The position numbers and the translations under genes were made by a program. Positions 8,492 through 18,305 of a DNA stretch of 64,000 bases are shown here, piece by piece (the stretch's first letter is position 1; each line of letters begins with the position of its first letter). The DNA lies in assembly GCA_965652645.1 (NCBI GenBank), contig CBFGXE010000003.1, positions 48,151 to 112,150 on the forward strand, in the 5' to 3' direction. The notes beneath the pieces were generated by a model. It saw only the letters and a program-made list of their open reading frames with translations. It was not told the origin of the DNA and did no database searches. This stretch comes from an uncultured bacterium (GTDB lineage Bacteria > Pseudomonadota > Gammaproteobacteria > Steroidobacterales > Steroidobacteraceae).

Positions 8492-8983
8492 CTACAGCAG
8501 CAGCGGCTGGTCGGGCAGCTCGTTGCCGTCGCCGGACGCACCAGGAAAGTGTTTTTCCAGCAGTTTTGCCGCGCCATCCACCACGATGAGGGCCCCTTCG
8601 GCATGGCGGCCGGCGCGAAAGACTGTCTCTGCATTGCGACAGAGCGCGTCCCAGTCGGCCTGCGGCACCACGCGGGCCAGTGCACGGTCGGCCACGATCT
8701 CCACCGCATGCTCGGCATGCAGCACATAGATGAGCACGCCGTTGTTGCGCTCGGTATCCCAGACACGAAGCCGGGAAAACACCTCGATGGCGCGTTCGCG
8801 CGCGCTCACCCCGGTGAAAAGATCACCCAGGTCCAGCGCGTGCTCGGCCACGAACCGCAGCTCTCCCGGGTGGTGCATCTCCACGTGGGCGATGCGTTCG
8901 GCAATCTTTTCCAGCACCGGCTTCGGGTACCTGAGCTTCAGCACCCAGAAGGGGGTGAACAGGTGACGCAGCAGGCGCAGCAT
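8492..8983 (-). CDS. TPM domain-containing protein (small, third gene of LemA-TPM-TPM operon)
   Basis: 163 aa from MLRLLRHLF. Blocks GELRFVAEHALD and ARERAIEVFSRLRVWDTERNNGVLIYVLHAEHAVEIVADR are typical of the family. The ATG shares one base with the upstream stop (TGATG at 8985-8981). Confidence 0.8.
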   Translation of the reverse strand: MLRLLRHLFTPFWVLKLRYPKPVLEKIAERIAHVEMHHPGELRFVAEHALDLGDLFTGVSARERAIEVFSRLRVWDTERNNGVLIYVLHAEHAVEIVADRALARVVPQADWDALCRNAETVFRAGRHAEGALIVVDGAAKLLEKHFPGASGDGNELPDQPLLL

Positions 8984-9888
8984 CACCAGCGACCCGACGC
9001 ACCGCCGCCGCCAAAGCCGCCGCCGCCGCCGCGGAAACCACCCAGGCCGCCGCCAAAACCACCACGCCCCGCGCCGCCGCCGATCCCGCCACCGAAACCA
9101 CCGGGCCAGCCGCCCCAACCGCCGCGACCACTCCGTCCTGCCTGGCGCAGCGCGCTGCGCCCGAGGCCCATGAACAGGCTCAGCAGGAAGGCCACCACGC
9201 CCACGCCGATGGCTGCGGCAATGATCTTCGACACCAGCCACACCAGGCCGCCCGCGGCGGCGCCGGTGGCCAGCGAACCCAGCGGCCGGCCCAGCATCGC
9301 GCGCAACGCTGCGCCTCCCGCCACCACGCCGAAGAACAATATCGGCAACAGGCCGCCGATGCGGTCGGCTGGCCGCTTCCACTGCCGGTCCGGTGGCGGC
9401 AGAGGCTCGCCATCCACCACCTGCATGATGCGTTCGACGCCGGCGTTGATGCCGCCGTGGATGTCGCGCTGGCGGAACAGCGGCTTGATGGTCTCCTCGA
9501 TGATGCGGCGGGCGATGGCATCCGGCAGCACGCCTTCGAGGCCATAGCCAACCTCGATGCGCAGCGTGCGGTCCTGCAGCGCCACCAGCAGCAGCGCGCC
9601 ATCGTCGACGCCCTCGCGGCCCAGCTTCCACGCCTCGGCCACGCGGATGGAGTAGGCCTCGATGGATTCAGGCCGGGTGCTATCCACCAGCAGCACCGCC
9701 ACCTGCGCGCCCTTGCGCTGCTCGAAGGCGGCCAGCTTCTGCTCGAGCTCGGCCTGCTGGCCGGCGGTGAGCGTGCCGGTGAGATCGGTGACGCGCGCGG
9801 CCAGCGGCGGCAGCGGTTGCAGTTCCTGCGCGCCGGCAGGTGCAACCGCACCCGCCAGCGCCAGCACCACCAGCAGCGCACGCAACAT
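8983..9888 (-). CDS. TPM domain-containing protein (YgcG-like) with TM segments and Gly-rich tail
   Basis: 301 aa. Signal peptide MLRALLVVLALAGAVAPAGA. TPM core ARVTDLTGTLTAGQQAELEQKL..GAQVAVLLVDS..LLLVALQDRTLRIEVGYGLEG. C-terminal GGFGGG-type repeats. TGATG overlap with lemA at 9890-9886. Confidence 0.85.
   Translation of the reverse strand: MLRALLVVLALAGAVAPAGAQELQPLPPLAARVTDLTGTLTAGQQAELEQKLAAFEQRKGAQVAVLLVDSTRPESIEAYSIRVAEAWKLGREGVDDGALLLVALQDRTLRIEVGYGLEGVLPDAIARRIIEETIKPLFRQRDIHGGINAGVERIMQVVDGEPLPPPDRQWKRPADRIGGLLPILFFGVVAGGAALRAMLGRPLGSLATGAAAGGLVWLVSKIIAAAIGVGVVAFLLSLFMGLGRSALRQAGRSGRGGWGGWPGGFGGGIGGGAGRGGFGGGLGGFRGGGGGFGGGGASGRW
8986..9135 (-). repeat. low-complexity Gly-rich coding tract (GGFGGG/GGWGG units) at the C-terminus of the YgcG-like protein
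   Basis: Translation GRSGRGGWGGWPGGFGGGIGGGAGRGGFGGGLGGFRGGGGGFGGGGASGRW. The DNA is (GCC/GCG/ACC)-rich on the plus strand and generates a spurious Pro-rich plus-strand ORF. Confidence 0.8.
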
Positions 9889-10475
9889 CAGTTGCCGAAG
9901 TCCACCTGTGGTGCCGCGCTCACCGCCGCCTCGTCTTCCACGGTGAAGTTGGGCTTCACGTCATGGCCGAACATCTTCGCGGTGAGGTTGGACGGGAAGG
10001 AGCGCACGGTGCCGTTGTAGGCCTGCACCGCCTGGATGTAGCGCTGGCGTGCCACGGTGATGCGGTTCTCCGCGCCTTCCAGCTGTGCCTGCAGCTCGAG
10101 GAAGTTCTGGTTGGACTTCAGGTCCGGGTAGTTCTCGGTGACCGCGAACAGGCTCTTCAGCGCCTGGGTGAGCTGGCCCTGCGCCTGCTGGAACTGCTGC
10201 ATGGCGGCCGGATCGTCGAGCAGCTCGGGCGTGAGCTGGATGGAGCCGGTCTTCGCGCGCGCCTCGGTCACGCCCAGGAGCACGGTTTCCTCCTGCGCGG
10301 CAAAACCCTTCACGGTTGCCACCAGGTTGGGGATGAGGTCGGCGCGCCGCTGGTACTGGCTCAGCACCTCCGACCAGGCGGCCTTCACCGCTTCATCCTG
10401 TGTCTGCAGGGTGTTGTAACCGCAACCGGACAGCAGCACGGCAACGCCCAGCAGGGCGAACTTCAGGACTCGCAT
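9888..10475 (-). CDS. lemA: LemA family protein
   Basis: 195 aa from MRVLKFALLGVAVLLSGCGYNTLQ. LemA blocks AWSEVLSQYQRRADLIPNLV, NYPDLKSNQNFLELQAQLEGAENRITVARQRY and YNGTVRSFPSNL. Strong SD (AGGAGGAGACC) upstream of ATG 10475. Confidence 0.9.
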   Translation of the reverse strand: MRVLKFALLGVAVLLSGCGYNTLQTQDEAVKAAWSEVLSQYQRRADLIPNLVATVKGFAAQEETVLLGVTEARAKTGSIQLTPELLDDPAAMQQFQQAQGQLTQALKSLFAVTENYPDLKSNQNFLELQAQLEGAENRITVARQRYIQAVQAYNGTVRSFPSNLTAKMFGHDVKPNFTVEDEAAVSAAPQVDFGN

Positions 10476-10710
10476 GGAAGGTCTCCTCCTTTCCAGGGAC
10501 ACCACTTTGTGCGGACGCGAACCGCATCCTGCAAGAGGAATTGTTGCACGGACGACAGCACCGTGCAGGCTCGCCCTATCCCGAAAGGGATAGGCCGTTC
10601 CCCCTCGCCGGAAACCCTGCCGGCCCACCGTCCGGCGAATGGGCAGCAAGCCGGGTGAGCCGCACCATGTGCCCACGAGCTGACAACTCAGATGACCCGG
10701 CTGCAAGGGA

Positions 10711-11931
10711 GTGAACATGGCCACCATTCGTCCGAACCCGACCTTTCCCCCCCGCGCCGCCGTGCTGGCCCTGCTGGGCCTCACGGCTGGCGCACCCCTT
10801 CTGCTCACGGCCTGCAACCCCGACGCGGCGCAGGCCGCCGCAGCGCAGGCACCCTCCGCCCCGCAGGTGAGCGTGGCCGAAGTGCTGGAGCGGCAGATCA
10901 CCACCTTCCAGGAATTCACCGGCCGCATCGAGGCGGTCGAGCGGGTGGAACTGCGCCCCCGGGTGTCCGGCTACATCGAATCCGTCGCCTTCCAGGAAGG
11001 CGCGGAAGTGAAGAAGGGCGACGTGCTGTTCATGATCGATCCGCGCCCCTATGAGGCCAGCCTCAAGCGTGCCCGCGCCGAACTGGCGCGTGCGCAGAGT
11101 GCGCACCGCCAGGCCCACACCGAAAAGGAGCGCGCGGAGAAGCTGCTGGCCTTGCGTGCGCTCTCGCAGGAGGAATTCGACGCCCGCACGGCCGGCAGCG
11201 AGCGCAGCGCCGCCGACGTGCAGGCAGCCCAGGCCGCGGTGGATGCCGCGGAGCTCGACCTTGCCTTCACGCGGGTGCGGGCGCCGATCAGCGGCGTGGT
11301 CGGCAAGGCGGAAGTCACGGCGGGCAACTTCGTGGCCAGCGGCGAGACACTGCTGACACGGCTGGTTTCCATTGATCCGGTGTACGTGCGCTTCGAGGGC
11401 GACGAGGCCGCCTACCTGCGTCAGGCCCGCCAGCAGCGCGAGCTGGGAGGACAGGCCGCCGCGCAACCGGTGTGGGTGGGCCTCGCCAACGAGGACGGCC
11501 ATCCGCACAAGGGCGTGGTGGTGTTCACCGACAACGAACTGGACGCCCAGACCGGCACCATTCGCGCCCGCGCCAGGCTCTCCAACCGCGACCGGCTTTT
11601 CACTCCCGGGCTGTTCGCGCGCGTGAAGCTTGGCGAGGGCGCGACCCACCAGGCCATCCTCATCGAGGACCGCGCGGTGGGCACCGACCAGACGCGCCGC
11701 TTCGTCTACGTGGTGAAGGCGGACAACAGCCTGGAATACCGCCCGGTGGAGCTGGGTCCGCTGCACGAGGGCCTGCGCGTGGTGCGCGACGGCCTGGCGC
11801 CGGGCGAACGCATCGTGGTGAACGGACTGATGCACGTGCGTCCCGGAGTCACCGTGGATCCGCAGCTGGTGGCCATGCGCGCGCCGGCCGGTGAGGAGGA
11901 CCGCAAGATCGTGGCGGGCAACAGGCCGTGA
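10711..11931 (+). CDS. efflux RND transporter periplasmic adaptor subunit (lipoprotein)
   Basis: 406 aa. Lipobox LLLTACN. Membrane-fusion-protein blocks VSGYIESVAFQEGAEVKKGDVLFMIDPRPY and AELDLAFTRVRAPISGVVG. Start GTG 10711 or ATG 10717. The stop overlaps the pump start (GTGA). Confidence 0.9.
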   Translation: MNMATIRPNPTFPPRAAVLALLGLTAGAPLLLTACNPDAAQAAAAQAPSAPQVSVAEVLERQITTFQEFTGRIEAVERVELRPRVSGYIESVAFQEGAEVKKGDVLFMIDPRPYEASLKRARAELARAQSAHRQAHTEKERAEKLLALRALSQEEFDARTAGSERSAADVQAAQAAVDAAELDLAFTRVRAPISGVVGKAEVTAGNFVASGETLLTRLVSIDPVYVRFEGDEAAYLRQARQQRELGGQAAAQPVWVGLANEDGHPHKGVVVFTDNELDAQTGTIRARARLSNRDRLFTPGLFARVKLGEGATHQAILIEDRAVGTDQTRRFVYVVKADNSLEYRPVELGPLHEGLRVVRDGLAPGERIVVNGLMHVRPGVTVDPQLVAMRAPAGEEDRKIVAGNRP

Positions 11932-14900
11932 ACATCTCGAAGTTCTTCATTGATCGGCCGGTGTTCTCGGGCGTGCTGTCCGGGTTCATCCTCATCGCCG
12001 GCCTGATCTCGCTGTCCCGGCTGCCCATCAGCGAATACCCTGAGGTGGTGCCGCCCTCGGTGGTGGTGCGCGCCACCTACCCCGGCGCCAATCCCCAGGT
12101 GATCTCCGAGACGGTGGCGGCCCCGCTGGAGCAGGAGATCGTGGGCGTGGAGGACATGCTCTACATGTCTTCGCAGGCCACGCTGGACGGCAACCTCTCC
12201 CTCACCGTCACCTTCCGCATCGGCACGGACATCGACCGGGCGCAGGTGCAGGTGCAGAACCGCGTGTCATCGGCGCTGCCGCGCCTGCCGGAGGAAGTGC
12301 GCCAGCTCGGCGTTTCAACCACCAAGACCTCGCCGGACCTGATGATGGCGGTGAACCTGGTGTCCACCACGCCGGGCCATGACGCGCTGTACCTGCGCAA
12401 CTATGCGCTGCTCAACGTGAAGGACGAGCTGGCGCGGCTGCCCGGCATGGGCAGCGTGCAGGTGTTCGGCTCCGGCGACTACGCCATGCGCGTGTGGCTG
12501 GACCCGGAAAAGCTCGCCGTGCGCGGGCTTACCACCGGCGACGTGATCGGCGCCATCCGCGAGCAGAACCTGCAGGTGGCGGCGGGACAGATCGGCGCCC
12601 CGCCCTCCCCCGGCGCGGATTTCCAGATCGCGCTCGACACCATGGGAAGGCTGTCGAGCGAAGAACAGTTCCGCGACATTGTGATCAAGACCGGCGCCGG
12701 CGGCGAAGTGCTGCGCCTGGGCGACGTGGCGCGCGTGGAGATGGGCGCCAGCACCTATTCGCTGCGCGGCCGCGTGGACCGGGACGAGACCGTGACCATC
12801 CCCATCTTCCAGGCGCCGGGTTCCAACGCGCTGGAACTGGCCGCGCAGGTGAGATCCACCATGGACCGCCTGCAGCAGCAGTTCCCGGCCGGCATGAGCT
12901 ACCGCATCATCTACGACCCCACCGTGTTCGTGCGCCAGTCCATCGACAGCGTGATCGTCACGCTGCTGGAGGCCGTGGCGCTGGTGGTGCTGGTGGTGAT
13001 CCTGTTCCTGCAGACCTGGCGCGCCTCCATCATCCCGCTGGCCGCGGTGCCGGTGTCGGTGGTGGGCACCTTCGCGGTGCTGCATGCGCTGGGCTTCTCC
13101 ATCAACACGCTGTCGCTGTTCGGCCTGGTGCTGGCCATCGGCATCGTGGTGGATGACGCCATCGTGGTGGTGGAAAACGTCGAGCGCCACATCGCCAATG
13201 GCCTGAAGCCCATAGAGGCGACCAGGAAGGCGATGAGCGAGGTGAGCCGCCCCATCATCGCCATCACGCTGGTGCTTACCGCCGTGTTCGTGCCGGTGGC
13301 CTTCGTGGATGGCCTCACCGGGCAGTTCTACAGGCAGTTTGCGCTCACCATCGCCATCTCCACGGTGATCTCGGCGTTCAACTCACTGACGCTGTCGCCG
13401 GCACTGGCGGCGCTGCTGCTGAAGCCGCATGGCACGCAGCCGGACCGCCTCTCTGCCTGGCTCGACCGGCTGCTGGGCGGCTTCTTCCGTCGCTTCAACC
13501 GCGGCTTCGAGGCTGCCGGCAACACCTACCAGCGGGCACTGGGCCTCACCGTGCGCCGCACCGGCATCGCCATGGTGCTGTACGTGGGCCTCGCCGCGCT
13601 GGCCGCGCTGGGCCTGGGCAAGGTGCCGCAGGGCTTCATTCCCGGACAGGACAAGCTCTACCTGGTGTCGGTGATCCAGCTGCCGCCCGGCTCCTCCATC
13701 GACCGCACCGAGGAGGTGGTGAAGCGCGTGGCGGAAATCGGCCTTGCCGAGCCGGGCGTGGAAGGCGCGCTGCAGTTCGCCGGCATGTCCCCGAACAACT
13801 ACAACACCAGCACCAACTCGGGCCTGGTGTTCTTCGCGCTGAAGCCGTTCAAGGACCGCGAGGATCCCGCGCAGGCGGCCAATGCCATCGCCGGCACGCT
13901 GAACGCGAAGCTCTCGGGCATCCAGGAAGCCTACATCGGCGTATTCCCCCCGCCGCCGGTGCAGGGCCTGGGCAGCATGGGCGGCTTCAAGCTCAATGTG
14001 CAGGACCGCGGCAACCACGGCGCGGAGGCGCTGTACAAGGCCACGCAGGAGGTGCTGGCGAAGGCCGCGCAGGACCCGGCGCTGGCCGGCGTGTATTCCA
14101 CCTACCAGGTGAACGTGCCGCAGGTGCGCGTGGAGGTGGACCGCGTGAAGGTGAAGCAGCAGGATGTGCGCATCACCGACGTGTTCCAGACGCTGCAGGC
14201 CTACCTGGGCTCGGCCTACGTGAACGACTTCAACCGCTTCGGCCGCACCTGGCGGGTGATGGTCCAGGCGGATGCGCCGTTCCGCAACGACATGAACGAC
14301 ATCCTGGCGCTCAAGACGCGCAATGCACGGGGCGAGATGGTGCCGCTGGGCTCGATGGCGACGCTGGAGCGCAGCTTCGGGCCGGACTTCGTCGAACGTT
14401 TCAACGCCTACCGCTCCGCCGACATCACCGGCGGCGCGGCACCCGGCCACAGCTCCGGCGAGTCACAGGCGGCGATCGCGCGCATCCTCGACGAGACCCT
14501 GCCGCAGGGCATGAGCTACGAGTGGACCGAGCTGGCCTACCAGCAGCAGACCGCCAGCGGCACCGCGCTGCTGGTGTTCCCGCTGTGCGTGCTGTTCGTG
14601 TTCCTGGTGCTGGCCGCGCAATACGAAAGCCTGAAGCTGCCGCTGGCCATCATCCTGATCGTGCCGCTGGCGCTGCTGTCGGGACTGGCCGGCGTGCTGC
14701 TGCAAGGCAGCGACAGCAATGTGTTCACGCAGGTGGGATTCCTGGTGCTGGTGGCGCTGGCGAGCAAGAACGCCATCCTCATCGTGGAATTTGCCAGGCA
14801 CCTGCAGGAGGACCGCGGGCTGCCACCGATGCAGGCGGTGCTGGAAGCCGCGCGCCTCAGGCTGCGACCCATCCTGATGACCTCCATTGCCTTCATCATG

Positions 14901-15098
14901 GGCGTGGTGCCGCTGGTGCTCGCTGAAGGCGCCGGCGCGGAGGTGCGCCAGGCGATGGGCGCCACGGTGTTCGCCGGCATGATCGGCGTGACGCTGTTCG
15001 GCCTGTTGCTCACGCCCGTGTTCTACCTGCTGGTGCAGCGCCGCCGCGCCGCTGCCAGCGCGCCGGTATCACTGGAGGCAAGCCATGGCCACACGTAA
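11928..15098 (+). CDS. multidrug efflux RND transporter permease (HAE1, AcrB/MexB type)
   Basis: 1056 aa. N-terminus MNISKFFIDRPVFSGVLSGFILIAGLISLSRLPISEYPEVVPP, 12-TM/two-loop architecture, and conserved GIVVDDAIVVVENVERH. Confidence 0.95.
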   Translation: MNISKFFIDRPVFSGVLSGFILIAGLISLSRLPISEYPEVVPPSVVVRATYPGANPQVISETVAAPLEQEIVGVEDMLYMSSQATLDGNLSLTVTFRIGTDIDRAQVQVQNRVSSALPRLPEEVRQLGVSTTKTSPDLMMAVNLVSTTPGHDALYLRNYALLNVKDELARLPGMGSVQVFGSGDYAMRVWLDPEKLAVRGLTTGDVIGAIREQNLQVAAGQIGAPPSPGADFQIALDTMGRLSSEEQFRDIVIKTGAGGEVLRLGDVARVEMGASTYSLRGRVDRDETVTIPIFQAPGSNALELAAQVRSTMDRLQQQFPAGMSYRIIYDPTVFVRQSIDSVIVTLLEAVALVVLVVILFLQTWRASIIPLAAVPVSVVGTFAVLHALGFSINTLSLFGLVLAIGIVVDDAIVVVENVERHIANGLKPIEATRKAMSEVSRPIIAITLVLTAVFVPVAFVDGLTGQFYRQFALTIAISTVISAFNSLTLSPALAALLLKPHGTQPDRLSAWLDRLLGGFFRRFNRGFEAAGNTYQRALGLTVRRTGIAMVLYVGLAALAALGLGKVPQGFIPGQDKLYLVSVIQLPPGSSIDRTEEVVKRVAEIGLAEPGVEGALQFAGMSPNNYNTSTNSGLVFFALKPFKDREDPAQAANAIAGTLNAKLSGIQEAYIGVFPPPPVQGLGSMGGFKLNVQDRGNHGAEALYKATQEVLAKAAQDPALAGVYSTYQVNVPQVRVEVDRVKVKQQDVRITDVFQTLQAYLGSAYVNDFNRFGRTWRVMVQADAPFRNDMNDILALKTRNARGEMVPLGSMATLERSFGPDFVERFNAYRSADITGGAAPGHSSGESQAAIARILDETLPQGMSYEWTELAYQQQTASGTALLVFPLCVLFVFLVLAAQYESLKLPLAIILIVPLALLSGLAGVLLQGSDSNVFTQVGFLVLVALASKNAILIVEFARHLQEDRGLPPMQAVLEAARLRLRPILMTSIAFIMGVVPLVLAEGAGAEVRQAMGATVFAGMIGVTLFGLLLTPVFYLLVQRRRAAASAPVSLEASHGHT

Positions 15099-16500
15099 CC
15101 TGATCCCCGCCGTCGCCGCCGCCGTGCTGGCGGCGTGCGCGGTGGGCCCGGACTACCGCACGCCTGATCTGTCGCTGCCGCAGCAACTGGAGGGCAGTGC
15201 CGAAGCTGGCGTGCGCGAGGCGGATGGGGCCAGCCTCGCCACTTTCTGGACACAGTTCGGCGATCCGGTGCTCGACGGGCTGGTGCAGTCGGCGATGTTC
15301 GCCAACCACGACCTGCGCATCGCGCTGTCACGATTGAACGAGGCGCGCGCGTTGCGCGGTGCCGCCCGCCTCGACCTGGGCCCCACCGTGATGGTGAATG
15401 CCGGCTACAGCGAAGGCCGCCTCGCAGAGTTGGAGTCCCGCGGGGGCCCGCGCGACGTGGAGGGCTACGACGCGGGCTTCGACGCCACCTGGGAACTGGA
15501 CTTCTTCGGTCGCAGCCGTCGCGCGCTGGAGGCAGCCAATGCGCAGCTGGGCGCGGCCGAGGCCGGGCTGCGCGACGTGCAGGTATCGGTGGCGGCCGAA
15601 CTATCGCGCAGCTATTTCGAGCTGCGGGGCAACCAGCAGCGCCTTGAGGTGGCCCGCCGCAACGTGGCCAACCAGGCCGAAACGCTGCAGCTCACGCAGG
15701 CGCGGCTGGAAGCCGGCACCGGCACGGAGCTGGATACCTCGCGCGCCGCCGCGCAGCTTGCCGCCACGCGCGCCTTCATCGCTCCGCTGGAAGCCGCCGT
15801 GGCGCGTGCCATCCACCGCATCGGCGTGCTCTCAGGGCAGGACCCGGGCGCATTGCGCGCGCAGCTTGCCCTGCCGGGCGAACTGCCCGCGGTACCGGAG
15901 TTCATTCCGGCCGCCAATCCGGCGGAGCTGCTGCGCCGGCGCCCGGACATCCGTGTGTCGGAGCGGCGCCTCGCGGCGGCCACGGCGCGCATCGGGGTGG
16001 AAGTGGCCGACCTCTTCCCGCGCGTAACGCTCACCGGCGGCGCGGGTTACAGCGCGGCCAGCCTGGATGCGCTGGGCGACCCGGGCAGCGGCCGCTACCG
16101 GATTGCCCCCGGCCTCTCCTGGGCGCTGTTCGACCTGGGCCATGTGCGCGCGCGCATTGCCGCCGCCCGCGCCCGCGGCGAGGGCGAGCTGGCCGCCTAT
16201 GAGCAGGCCGTGCTGCTGGCACTGCAGGAAACCGAGGATGCACTGGTGACCCACGCCCGGGCGCGGGAGCGGCTTGGGCAGCTCTCCCTGGCCGCCGAGG
16301 CCAGCGGCACGGCGGCACGGCTGGCACGGCTGCGCTACGAGAACGGCGTGGTGGACTTCCTGCAGGTGCTGGATGCCGAACGCACCCTGCTGCAGGCCGA
16401 GGACACCCTGGCCCAGGGCCGCACCGAGGCCGCCACCAGCCTGGTGGTCCTCTACAAGGCGCTGGGCGGGGGCTGGCCTGCGCCGGCGGGCGGCGGATGA
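15085..16500 (+). CDS. efflux transporter outer membrane factor lipoprotein (NodT family)
   Basis: 471 aa. Lipobox VLAACAVGPDYRTPD, which is the classic NodT/OprM N-terminus. Two repeat halves. 14-nt overlap with the pump gene. Confidence 0.9.
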   Translation: MATRNLIPAVAAAVLAACAVGPDYRTPDLSLPQQLEGSAEAGVREADGASLATFWTQFGDPVLDGLVQSAMFANHDLRIALSRLNEARALRGAARLDLGPTVMVNAGYSEGRLAELESRGGPRDVEGYDAGFDATWELDFFGRSRRALEAANAQLGAAEAGLRDVQVSVAAELSRSYFELRGNQQRLEVARRNVANQAETLQLTQARLEAGTGTELDTSRAAAQLAATRAFIAPLEAAVARAIHRIGVLSGQDPGALRAQLALPGELPAVPEFIPAANPAELLRRRPDIRVSERRLAAATARIGVEVADLFPRVTLTGGAGYSAASLDALGDPGSGRYRIAPGLSWALFDLGHVRARIAAARARGEGELAAYEQAVLLALQETEDALVTHARARERLGQLSLAAEASGTAARLARLRYENGVVDFLQVLDAERTLLQAEDTLAQGRTEAATSLVVLYKALGGGWPAPAGGG

Positions 16501-16523
16501 CCTACACTTGAGGCAATGAAGGC

Positions 16524-18305
16524 GTGCCACGGCACTTCACCGATCCCGAGCAGCCCATGAACGCGGTCTCACCGACATCCTGGTGCGCCAACGCCGCTCC
16601 CTGGCGCGAGCAGCTTCTCTCGGCCACGGCGCAGGCCAGCCGGCTGCTGCTGGAATCCTCCAACGTGATGTCGCGCATGCCCGAGGTGCTGCAGCTCATC
16701 GGCGAGGCCGCCGAGGTGGATCGCACCACGCTGGCCCTGGTGGACATCTGCGATGGCGGCGAGCGCTGGCTGGAAATCCGCAGCCAGTGGACGGCGCCGG
16801 GCATCGACCGCGACGGCAGTGCCGGCAGCAGCGGCATCTGGCGCCCGCGTCGCCTCGACTGCTTCTGCACCGAACTGCAGGCCGGGCGCAGCGTCTACCT
16901 GTGCAGCGAGAGCTGGCCCTCGGACATTTCCATCGCCAGCCAGGACGCGAAGAGTTCCATCATCGTGCCGTTCATGATCGACGGCGAATACGGCGGCGTG
17001 GTCGGTTTCGACTCGCTGCGCCAGGAACGCCGCTTCGACACCGCGGTGGTCTCGGCGCTGGAGATCGCCGCCAGCGTGATCGGCGCGGCGCTGCAGCGCG
17101 AGCGCCTGCTGGAGACCATGCGCCGCGAGCGGGAAGAGGCCGCCGAGCAGCGCGTGGCCGAGCTCGCCCGGGCCAACGCGGCGCTGCGCAAGAACCTGGA
17201 GCGCCTGGCCGGCCAGCCGGCGGAGTTTTTCAGCCACCTGCTGCTGGAAACGCTGCGCAATGCCGGCGCCGAGGCGGCCACCGCCGTGGTGCGCAGCCAG
17301 GAGTCCGACGACTGGGTGGTGGTGTGCCACTCGCGCGACGGGCGCATTACCCAGGCCGATTTCGCCGCCAGCGTGCCGCTGCGCGATTCCACTTTCGTGC
17401 AGCAGATGGCGGTGCTGCGCGAGCCGGTGCACGTGCCGCTGGATGGCAGCGCGCCGCTGCCGGAATGGCCGGAGCTCATCGACTTCCACCGCCGGTCCGG
17501 GCACGGCAGCCTCTACATGCTGCCGCTGGTGTTCGGCGAGAGCAACCTGGGCGTGGTGGGGCTCGGGTTCCGCCGGCACCAGCCGCTGCGCTCGGAGCTG
17601 GCGGAACTGCTGGTGGCACTGGGCCAGCAGGTCACGCTGGCGCTGGGCCTGAAGCGGCTGTTCCACAGCGCGCGGCAGACCGCGGTGCTGGCCGAACGCA
17701 ACCGCATCGGCCGGGAGATCCACGACGGACTCGCGCAGGCCTTCACCGGCATCCTGATGCAGCTCGCGGCTGCCGAGGAGCTGGCCGAGGGGTCGCCGCT
17801 GCAGTCCGTCCACCACCGCATCCGCGACATCGCGCGCGAGGGACTGACCGAGGCCCGCCGCTCGGTGCTGGCGCTGCGCGCGGACGAGCAGCCCCGTCCG
17901 GGCGGGCTGGAGATGGCGCTGCGCCAGCTGGCCGAGCGCTCCACGATATCCGGCCGCATCGTCTCTACCTTCCATGGCGGCGGTGCCACGGGACTGGCGC
18001 CCGAGCACGAGCATGCGCTGCTGCGCATCGCGCAGGAGGCGGTGATCAATGCCGTGCGCCACGCCGAGCCGCGCAACATCGAGATCCACCTGGGCAGCAG
18101 CGGCGAGGAGGTGATGCTGTGCGTGCGCGATGACGGCCGCGGCATGCGCGGCAGGCCCGAGCTATACGCCGGCCAGGGCTTCGGGCTGGCCAACATGCGC
18201 GAGCGCGCCGAGGCACTGGGCGGCCGCTGGGAGCTGGACAGCGATGCAGTCAGCGGCACGCGCGTCACCGTGCGCATCCCGCGCCAGTCACGGAGTGCGG
18301 CATGA
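16524..18305 (+). CDS. soluble GAF-domain sensor histidine kinase (HisKA_3/NarX-LiaS type)
   Basis: 593 aa with no TM segment. Two GAF-like regions. H-box ERNRIGREIHDGLAQAF and HATPase_c blocks (AVINAVRHA, DDGRGM, GFGLANMRERA). Start uncertain: GTG 16524 or ATG 16557. Confidence 0.85.
   Translation: MPRHFTDPEQPMNAVSPTSWCANAAPWREQLLSATAQASRLLLESSNVMSRMPEVLQLIGEAAEVDRTTLALVDICDGGERWLEIRSQWTAPGIDRDGSAGSSGIWRPRRLDCFCTELQAGRSVYLCSESWPSDISIASQDAKSSIIVPFMIDGEYGGVVGFDSLRQERRFDTAVVSALEIAASVIGAALQRERLLETMRREREEAAEQRVAELARANAALRKNLERLAGQPAEFFSHLLLETLRNAGAEAATAVVRSQESDDWVVVCHSRDGRITQADFAASVPLRDSTFVQQMAVLREPVHVPLDGSAPLPEWPELIDFHRRSGHGSLYMLPLVFGESNLGVVGLGFRRHQPLRSELAELLVALGQQVTLALGLKRLFHSARQTAVLAERNRIGREIHDGLAQAFTGILMQLAAAEELAEGSPLQSVHHRIRDIAREGLTEARRSVLALRADEQPRPGGLEMALRQLAERSTISGRIVSTFHGGGATGLAPEHEHALLRIAQEAVINAVRHAEPRNIEIHLGSSGEEVMLCVRDDGRGMRGRPELYAGQGFGLANMRERAEALGGRWELDSDAVSGTRVTVRIPRQSRSAA

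Noticed and set aside
8192-9547. 451-aa plus-strand ORF with a striking proline-rich segment (PPPPKPPPPPRKPPRPPPKPP...).
   Set aside because: It is the mirror image of the Gly-rich tail and coding sequence of the two TPM-domain genes on the minus strand, which have clear family motifs and TGATG coupling.
10476-10710. Known riboswitch (for example guanidine/ykkC class, which often controls efflux genes) in the leader of the RND operon.
   Set aside because: I could not find the conserved ykkC-type core sequences or any other riboswitch consensus I remember. Only generic hairpins are present. It is kept as an unassigned structured region pending an Rfam scan.
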